From assembly GCA_046484135.1 (NCBI GenBank), contig JAWOBU010000229.1, positions 1 through 12,088 of the forward strand: a stretch of DNA of 12,088 nucleotides. The letters are read 5' to 3'. The position numbers and the translations under genes are program-made. Shown in pieces: positions 1-6,352 of this stretch (position 1 is its first letter; every line of letters starts with the position of its first letter). Under the pieces are notes generated by a model. It searched no databases, was not told the DNA's origin, and saw nothing but the letters and a program-made list of their open reading frames with translations. Source of the stretch: a bacterium (GTDB lineage Bacteria > RBG-13-61-14 > DATKZS01).

Positions 1-165
1 CCTCCTTGACTGGAACCAAAAATGAAAACCAGGGTATTTCGGCTTTTATATTTTGGCACGATTGATAAATCGAAAGCAAAACAAAAACATAGAAGCTTGA
101 TGCAATAAAACACCGCTGGTACGATTATTAGACCTTCCGGCAAAATCGTTTAGAATAGGGTAATC
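1..165. promoter_or_regulatory. AT-rich intergenic region, probably a divergent promoter region
   Basis: Clearly AT-richer than the coding DNA, with A/T tracts. TAGAAT at 151-156 is a sigma70 -10-like hexamer, with a weak -35-like TTAGAC/TAGACC at 128-134. CCTCCTT at 1-7 reads AAGGAGG on the - strand, a Shine-Dalgarno pointing off the left edge. Confidence 0.55.
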
Positions 166-1200
166 ATGAGGATACTGGTAACCGGCGGCGCAGGTTTTAT
201 CGGGTCCAACTTTGTCCATCTTCTGTTGGGTGAGACCTCGCACGAAGTGGTCAATTTGGACGCGCTCACTTACGCGGGCAACCCCGCCAACCTGGAGGAA
301 GTGGAAAACCACGAGCGTTATACCTTTGTAAAAGGTGACGTCCGGGACCGGGAGCTCTTGAAAGAGGTCTTCGGCAAGGGCGTGGACGCTGTGGTCAACT
401 TTGCAGCGGAGTCCCACGTGGACCGGAGCATCGAGAGCCCGTCCGAGTTCCTGGACACCAACGTGACGGGAACCGCCGCTCTCCTGGACGCGGCGCGCGA
501 GTACAAGGCCGGCCTTTTCCTGCAGGTGTCCACCGACGAGGTGTACGGGTCTCTGGGACCGGAAGGGGTTTTCACGGAAGAAAGCCCGCTCGCTCCCAAC
601 TCGCCCTATGCCGCTTCCAAGGCTGCCGCGGACTGCCTGGCCCGGTCTTATTACAAAACCTACGGCCTGCCGGTCATCATCACCCGGAGCTCGAACAACT
701 ACGGGCCTTACCAGTTTCCGGAGAAGGTGATCCCGCTTTTCGTGACCAATGCCATGGAGGACAAGCCGCTTCCTCTTTACGGGGACGGAGAGAACCGTCG
801 CGACTGGGTCCACGTAGAGGACAACTGCCGGGGCATACTGCTGGCTTTGGAGGAAGGCCGCGGGGGCGAGGTGTATAACATCGGCGGGAACAGCGAGATA
901 AAAAACATCGAGCTGGCGGAGACGATACTGGAAATCCTGGGTAAGCCCCGGAAGCTCATCACCTCCGTGGACGACCGGCCGGGGCACGACCGGCGCTACG
1001 CCCTGGACTCGAAAAAGATCGAGACCGAGCTCGGGTTCGGCAGGGACCATGACTTCAAGACCGGCCTGGCCCGGACCATAGAGTGGTACCGGCAGAACCG
1101 GCAGTGGTGGGAGAGCATCAAGAGCGGCGAGTACCGGCATTACTATGAAAGGATGTACGGCAAGCGTCTTGAAAGATCGGGAAGGACGCGGCGAGAATGA
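166..1200 (+). CDS. rfbB: dTDP-glucose 4,6-dehydratase (RmlB/RfbB), 344 aa
   Basis: Rossmann motif TGGAGFIG, DALTYAGN, FAAESHVDRSI, catalytic STDEVYG and YAASK, SNNYGPYQFPEK, DRPGHDRRYALD. Confidence 0.97.
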   Translation: MRILVTGGAGFIGSNFVHLLLGETSHEVVNLDALTYAGNPANLEEVENHERYTFVKGDVRDRELLKEVFGKGVDAVVNFAAESHVDRSIESPSEFLDTNVTGTAALLDAAREYKAGLFLQVSTDEVYGSLGPEGVFTEESPLAPNSPYAASKAAADCLARSYYKTYGLPVIITRSSNNYGPYQFPEKVIPLFVTNAMEDKPLPLYGDGENRRDWVHVEDNCRGILLALEEGRGGEVYNIGGNSEIKNIELAETILEILGKPRKLITSVDDRPGHDRRYALDSKKIETELGFGRDHDFKTGLARTIEWYRQNRQWWESIKSGEYRHYYERMYGKRLERSGRTRRE

Positions 1201-1213
1201 GGTCCACCTTGGT

Positions 1214-2089
1214 ATGAAGGTCATGGTGCCGGGCTCGACAGGCATGCTGGGCCGCGCGGTAGTGGAGCGGTTACAGGCGGAGAATCATCTGCCCCTGCCG
1301 TGTACCCGCGCCGACTTCGACATCCGGGACAGTGACTCGCTTAAACGGGCCCTGGACCGGGAATCGCCGGACGCGCTTGTAAACTGCGCAGCCTACACCG
1401 CGGTGGACAAGGCGGAGGACGAGCCCGAGCTCGCCATGGAGATAAACGCGCATGCGGCGGAAAGAATGGCCCGGGCCTGCGCGGAGCGCGGCATAAGGTT
1501 CGTGCACTTGAGCACGGACTATGTGTTCGACGGCGCCAAGGGCTCTCCCTATAAAGAGGACGACCCTCCGAACCCGCTGAACGCCTACGGCAGGAGCAAA
1601 CTCGAGTCCGAGCGGCTGGTGCAGAAAGCGTATCCGGAAGGCTTCCTGATTTTTCGGAGCTCCTGGCTTTTCGGTCCGGGGGGTCGGTCTTTTGTTAGCG
1701 CGCTTCTTACGAGGCTTGAAAACGGCGAGATGCATTTCCGGGTGGTTAATGACGAGGTGGGTCGGCCGACCTATGCTCCCGACCTGGCGGTGTTGCTGGT
1801 TGCTGCTCTTGAAAAGGGTCTCGCGGGTATATATCATGCTTGTAACCGGGGAGAAGTTTCCTGGTATGATTTTGCGCAAAGCATATTCTCCGCGGCTGGC
1901 GCGTCCTCGAAGGTCCGCGTTGATTCGATCCCGTCGGCGGAGTGGGAGACCAGGGCGGTCCGACCTGCCTACTCGGTGCTTGACACTGGAAGGCTTACGG
2001 AAAGCCTGGGCATGGACATTTCCGGTTACGAGGACGCCCTGGCGCGCTACCTTAAGACAAGGGCTGGTCATAGCCGGTCCGCGTTGTAG
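1214..2089 (+). CDS. rfbD: dTDP-4-dehydrorhamnose reductase (RmlD/RfbD), ~291 aa
   Basis: GSTGMLG nucleotide-binding motif, NCAAYTAVDKAE, HLSTDYVFDG, PLNAYGRSK (YxxxK), GRPTYAPDLA, RPAYSVLD. Start moved from the ORF-track 1145 to ATG 1214 (MKVMVPGSTG), which matches the family N-terminus and removes the overlap with rfbB. Confidence 0.95.
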   Translation: MKVMVPGSTGMLGRAVVERLQAENHLPLPCTRADFDIRDSDSLKRALDRESPDALVNCAAYTAVDKAEDEPELAMEINAHAAERMARACAERGIRFVHLSTDYVFDGAKGSPYKEDDPPNPLNAYGRSKLESERLVQKAYPEGFLIFRSSWLFGPGGRSFVSALLTRLENGEMHFRVVNDEVGRPTYAPDLAVLLVAALEKGLAGIYHACNRGEVSWYDFAQSIFSAAGASSKVRVDSIPSAEWETRAVRPAYSVLDTGRLTESLGMDISGYEDALARYLKTRAGHSRSAL

Positions 2090-2098
2090 AGGGGGACT

Positions 2099-2674
2099 GT
2101 GATGCCTGACCGACTGTCCTGTACCTGGTGCGGCAAGAAGGAGGGAGAGGTCAAAAAGATTTTTCCCGCCCGGATGATCTGCATCTGCTCGGCGTGCGTG
2201 GAGCGCATGTCCGGGCTGGCCCGGGCGGAGGAGTCGAACCTGGCCGAGTCGGTGCGGCGCGAGTTAGACAGCGCCGTGCAGCAGAGCTTTCAGCGGATCA
2301 TAAACCAGATTGACCTCGGGCCCTTGCACGAGAAGTACCAGCGTCTTATGAGTGTCAAGTTCAAGGAAGAGGAAGGCAGTCCCACCTTCCAGGAGGTTTT
2401 CCAGGAGTTCAAGAAGGGTGTCGAGGCCGAGATCGCCTCGGATGATTATGAGACCCGTTACGACCTTGCCATCGCCTACCACGAGATGGGTCTCTCCGAG
2501 GACGCCTTCCGGGAGATGGTCCGGAGCCTGCGGGGAGCGCTCCGGGAGGGTGCTTATGACCGGGCCAGCGAGATCATAAGCGCGTTTTTGTACTTCCATC
2601 CGGACAGCTCGCGGGCCATAAGCGCGATTTACCGCGCCATGTCAGAGGCGGGCGTGGAGCCGGTTTCCAGGTAA
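2099..2674 (+). CDS. Hypothetical protein: N-terminal ClpX-type C4 zinc finger plus C-terminal TPR-like helical domain, ~190 aa
   Basis: CTWCGK-x4-VKKI...ICSACV has the C-x2-C-x18-C-x2-C spacing of the ClpX zinc-binding domain. FQEFKKGV...DYETRYDLAIAYHEMG is TPR-like. SD-like GAGGGGG precedes the start (GTG 2099 or ATG 2102). It fits between rfbD and ugd with 9-bp and 31-bp gaps. Confidence 0.8.
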   Translation: MMPDRLSCTWCGKKEGEVKKIFPARMICICSACVERMSGLARAEESNLAESVRRELDSAVQQSFQRIINQIDLGPLHEKYQRLMSVKFKEEEGSPTFQEVFQEFKKGVEAEIASDDYETRYDLAIAYHEMGLSEDAFREMVRSLRGALREGAYDRASEIISAFLYFHPDSSRAISAIYRAMSEAGVEPVSR

Positions 2675-2705
2675 AGAGGTTGTTTTCAAACAAGGAGCTT
2701 AAGCT

Positions 2706-4010
2706 GTGAACATTTGCATGATCGGTGTGGGTTACGTCGGCCTGGTTGCGGGGACGTGTTTTGCAGAGAACGGCAACGAGGTTGTGTGCATGGACGTTGA
2801 CGAGCCCAGGATCAAGGTTCTTCAGAAGGGCGAGTCTCCGATTTACGAGCGTGGGCTGGATGACATCCTGGAGCGGAACGTGAATGAAGGCCGGCTTCGT
2901 TTTACCACCAAGCTGGAAGACGCGGTTCCGGAGTCCGAGGTCGTTTTCATAGCGGTGGGCACTCCCGCGGGAGACCACGGCAAGGCCGACCTTTCCGCGG
3001 TCTATGAGGTGGCGAAGCAGATCGGCAAGCTGATTAGCGATTATACCGTGATCGTGATGAAGTCCACCGTGCCGGTGGGAACCACCCACGAGCTCAAGGA
3101 GATCATCAAAGAACAAACCGACGTGCCCTTTGACATGGTCATGAACCCCGAGTTCATGAAGGAAGGAGCGGCCATTGACGACTTCATGAAACCCGACCGG
3201 GTGGTCATAGGCACGGAAAGCGAAAAAGCGGGCAAGATCATGACCGAGCTTTACGAGCCGTTCGTGCGCACGGAAAAGCCCATCCTCCAAATGGACATTA
3301 GAAGCGCGGAGACGACCAAGTACGCGGCCAACGCCATGCTGGCCACCAAGATAAGCTTCATTAACGAGATGGCCAACGTGTGCGAAAAAACCGGCGCGGA
3401 CATAGCCCATGTAAGGCGCGGGATAGGTTTCGACTCCAGGATCGGGTTCCAGTTTTTGTTTCCGGGTCTCGGGTACGGAGGGTCCTGTTTTCCCAAGGAC
3501 GTGGAAGCGCTCATCCAGACCGCACGCCAGTTCGGACATGAGCCGCACCTGATCGAAGCGACCCAAAAGGTCAACCGGGGACAAAGAAAGTGGATGACGG
3601 ACAAGATTGACTCCCACTTCGACGGCGTCTTTGAAGAGCCCATCGCGGTATGGGGCCTGTCTTTCAAACCACAGACCGACGACCTCAGGGAAGCGCCCGC
3701 CATTGACATCATCAAACACCTGCTCGACCAGGGCGCAGAGGTCAGGGCGTACGACCCGGTGGCAAACGAAAACGCGGCCCGCGTACTCGGAGACAAGGTC
3801 ATCTACTGTGATACAGCCTACGAGGCCCTCGGAGGCGCGAGCGCTCTGGTCATCGTTACCGAATGGAACGAGTTTCGAAGACCCAACTTCAAAAGGATTG
3901 CCCAGCTTATGAAACAAAAGATCATCTTCGACGGCCGGAACCTTTACGACCCGGAAAGCATGAAGGACAAGGGCTTTACCTACTACTCGGTGGGAAGAAA
4001 ATCCAACTGA
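2706..4010 (+). CDS. ugd: UDP-glucose/GDP-mannose dehydrogenase family protein (UDP-glucose 6-dehydrogenase), 434 aa
   Basis: IGVGYVGL, FIAVGTP, KSTVPVGT, NPEFMKEG, KYAANAMLATKISFINE, catalytic GYGGSCFPKD, FKPQTDDLREAP, IFDGRN. AAGGAG SD at 2692-2697 precedes the GTG start. Confidence 0.95.
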   Translation: MNICMIGVGYVGLVAGTCFAENGNEVVCMDVDEPRIKVLQKGESPIYERGLDDILERNVNEGRLRFTTKLEDAVPESEVVFIAVGTPAGDHGKADLSAVYEVAKQIGKLISDYTVIVMKSTVPVGTTHELKEIIKEQTDVPFDMVMNPEFMKEGAAIDDFMKPDRVVIGTESEKAGKIMTELYEPFVRTEKPILQMDIRSAETTKYAANAMLATKISFINEMANVCEKTGADIAHVRRGIGFDSRIGFQFLFPGLGYGGSCFPKDVEALIQTARQFGHEPHLIEATQKVNRGQRKWMTDKIDSHFDGVFEEPIAVWGLSFKPQTDDLREAPAIDIIKHLLDQGAEVRAYDPVANENAARVLGDKVIYCDTAYEALGGASALVIVTEWNEFRRPNFKRIAQLMKQKIIFDGRNLYDPESMKDKGFTYYSVGRKSN

Positions 4011-4080
4011 AGTACGATCATTATACTCGGAACCACTGTTTAAGGAGAGCGGAAGACGGTTATGGCGTAAGGTCGATGTT

Positions 4081-4758
4081 TCAGTCGAGCCTCTCAAAGC
4101 GCATGAGGGTGTTGCCGAGCTCGATCATCTGGTTGTGCCTGAGCTCCGCTTCCCGGACGGGATTCGAGTTGACAATGGCCGGCTTTTCCTCATCAAGGGA
4201 GATGAGGAAGACCTGGCCGGTAAAGTACTCGATCCTTGCGTGCCGGGGCAGGATGTCGGGATCATAGATCATGAAATCCACGTCCCGGTTCTTCTCGTCC
4301 GCTCGTCCGATTATGAGCTCTTGAGGGGCGAGCAGGTATGCCAGGGACTCCCTGGCCATCCGCACTGATGTTATCATTCCTTCCCTTTCCACGATCCTGA
4401 TCTGGAAGGTCTGGGATTGTCCCATGCAAACCACGTCCCCTGACTCGACTATGATCTCTTCGGTTACCTGCTCTCCGTTCCTGGTGGTCCCGTTGGTGCT
4501 TCCCAGGTCGGAAAGCCGGACGGCATCGGGATCAATGCGGATAAGCAGGTGTTTTCTGGAGATGCGGTCTTCGGGCAGGTTTATTTCACAGGACTGGTCG
4601 CGGCCCACCAGGAGCTGGGAGCCGAACAGGAGGTTCATGACCTCGCCGTTCACCGTTTTTCCCATGCGGCGCTCGATGGAAAGCCTGGCGGGCAGGGCCA
4701 TGCTTTCTTCCGGAGGACCGCCTCCCTTGCTCACCCGGGTTTTGTCTTCATCGGGCAT
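4081..4758 (-). CDS. Tandem FHA-domain protein, 225 aa
   Basis: FHA1: LLVGR...ISRKH...DLGSTNGT..NG...GDVVCMG. FHA2: LIIGR...ILPRHARI...VN...IELGNT. Starts 7 bp after the nuoN stop. Confidence 0.88.
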   Translation of the reverse strand: MPDEDKTRVSKGGGPPEESMALPARLSIERRMGKTVNGEVMNLLFGSQLLVGRDQSCEINLPEDRISRKHLLIRIDPDAVRLSDLGSTNGTTRNGEQVTEEIIVESGDVVCMGQSQTFQIRIVEREGMITSVRMARESLAYLLAPQELIIGRADEKNRDVDFMIYDPDILPRHARIEYFTGQVFLISLDEEKPAIVNSNPVREAELRHNQMIELGNTLMRFERLD

Positions 4759-4765
4759 GGCATGC

Positions 4766-6328
4766 TCACTTTATGGTGACGTCGAACATTCCTTTCTCAA
4801 AAAACTTTATCAGGATGTCCATCACCCTCTGGGGGAACACGCCCAAAAGCACCACCACGATGCTCATCACCGCGTTCACCAGAACCGCTCCGGACATGGA
4901 GGGGGCCCGGACAAAGGGCTTCTCCTCATCGGTCATGTACATGACCACCACTACCCGGAGGTAGTAATAAGCGCTTACCACCGAGTTTAACATGCCGATC
5001 ACGGCCAGCACGTAAAGCTGAGATTTTATTGCCGACTGGAAGATAAAGAACTTGCCGGCGAACCCGGCCAGGGGCGGGATACCGGTCAGGGAGAACATAA
5101 ACACGGCCATGGCCGCGGCCATGCCCGGCCGCTTGCGGGCCAGCCCGGCGAAGTCGGACAGCGTCTCTCCGCCTTCCTTTTCCCGGCAGAGGGCCACGAT
5201 CACCCCGAAAGCGCCCAGGTTCATGAGGGTATAGACCAGTACGTAAAAGATAACGGAGGTAGTGTTGGCTTTGACTATATTCATCATCTTGTCGTCGCCG
5301 AAGAAGTCCCGGATGGGACCCACCGCCACGATCGCGGTTACCCCCACCAAGAGGTAGCCGGCGTGGGCGATGCTGGAGTAGGCCAGCATGCGCTTTAAGT
5401 TCTTCTGGGCGATGGCCACGAAGTTGCCGAGGGTCATGGTAAGAACGGCAATGACCCACAATGAATAGTAAAGGAAGTCAAACCACCACAGCGGCCGGAA
5501 GGCGGTGATGCCGACCCGGACCAGGGCGGCGAAGGCCGCGGCCTTTACCGCGGTGGCCATGAAAGCGGTGATGGGTGTAGGAGCGCCCTCGTAGACATCA
5601 GGGGTCCACATGTGGAAAGGAACCGCGGCGACCTTGAATAAGAGACCGACCAGGAAAAGAAAGATGCCGATCACCACCGTCATGTGGGAAAGGAGGTCTC
5701 CGGTGCGCGCCGCGTCTATCTCCGCGGACAGGGCCTGATAGGTCAGCTCTCCGGTAACTCCGAAGATCAGGGCCATGCCGTAAACCAGGATGGCCGAGGA
5801 GAAGGCTCCCAGAAGAAGGTACTTGACGGAAGCCTCGCCCGAGATGAGCCGGCGCTGCTGGATGCCCACCAGGGCGTACACGGCAATGGACATGATCTCG
5901 ATACCGATAAACAGGATCAGTAGATCGTGGGCCGCGGCCATCACGCACATGCCGATGGTGGCCACCAGTATCAAAAGGTAATACTCGCCCCGGTGGTCCT
6001 CGTCGTCCTGGAAATGGGTAAGGGAAAGCAGTACGGCCACCCCTGCACCCAAAAGGAAAACGTAGTTGAAAAGAACGCTGAAAAGATCAAAGAAGTACTG
6101 TTCCTGGAAGACCACGAACGGCTTGGTGCTTATGTTAAGGCGGAGGATATGGAGCCAGGCCTGGGCGATAAAGACGGCGATCAGGCCGACCAGGGTATAT
6201 ATCCCTACCGCTCGGGGCCGCTCTTTCCACACCGTCATCTCCAGGAGCAGACCGCCCAGCAGCAAAAGACCGAGCAGCAGCGGAGTAAAGATCGCCCATA
6301 TATGTATCGCTTCTATAGAAACCGGCAT
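4766..6328 (-). CDS. nuoN: NADH-quinone oxidoreductase subunit N, 520 aa
   Basis: Polytopic membrane protein with GEYY, GIEIMS, EASVKYLLLG, FKVAAVPFHMWTPDVYEGAPTP, KRMLAYSSIAHAGY, GIPPLAGFAGKF, YYYLRVV. Follows nuoM. Confidence 0.97.
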   Translation of the reverse strand: MPVSIEAIHIWAIFTPLLLGLLLLGGLLLEMTVWKERPRAVGIYTLVGLIAVFIAQAWLHILRLNISTKPFVVFQEQYFFDLFSVLFNYVFLLGAGVAVLLSLTHFQDDEDHRGEYYLLILVATIGMCVMAAAHDLLILFIGIEIMSIAVYALVGIQQRRLISGEASVKYLLLGAFSSAILVYGMALIFGVTGELTYQALSAEIDAARTGDLLSHMTVVIGIFLFLVGLLFKVAAVPFHMWTPDVYEGAPTPITAFMATAVKAAAFAALVRVGITAFRPLWWFDFLYYSLWVIAVLTMTLGNFVAIAQKNLKRMLAYSSIAHAGYLLVGVTAIVAVGPIRDFFGDDKMMNIVKANTTSVIFYVLVYTLMNLGAFGVIVALCREKEGGETLSDFAGLARKRPGMAAAMAVFMFSLTGIPPLAGFAGKFFIFQSAIKSQLYVLAVIGMLNSVVSAYYYLRVVVVMYMTDEEKPFVRAPSMSGAVLVNAVMSIVVVLLGVFPQRVMDILIKFFEKGMFDVTIK

Positions 6329-6352
6329 CTCAATATCTTCCGTTCAAGAAGT

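Noticed and set aside
54..69. Sigma54 promoter call (TGGCACG)
   Set aside because: The -12 TTGC/GC element is absent at the required spacing. A minus-strand candidate near 101-116 is off by one base.
1145..1213. N-terminal extension of the rfbD ORF
   Set aside because: It overlaps the rfbB 3' end, and family similarity begins at Met 1214.
46..1245. 399-aa minus-strand ORF antisense to rfbB (also 1271..2071 antisense to rfbD)
   Set aside because: Shadow ORFs of well-supported genes. Long antisense frames are expected from GC-rich codon bias, and they carry no recognisable motifs.
2387..2407. TTCCAGGAG direct repeat
   Set aside because: It simply encodes FQE-V-FQE in a probable amphipathic helix and is not a repeat array.
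4011..4080. Intrinsic terminator or mini-ORF (AAGGAG...ATG GCG TAA) between the convergent ugd and FHA genes
   Set aside because: No convincing GC hairpin with a U-tract. The SD-to-ATG spacing of 14 nt is too long and the ORF is only two codons.
2574..4097. 507-aa minus-strand ORF antisense to ugd
   Set aside because: It fully overlaps a clear ugd on the opposite strand, has typical shadow-frame composition and shows no domain signature.
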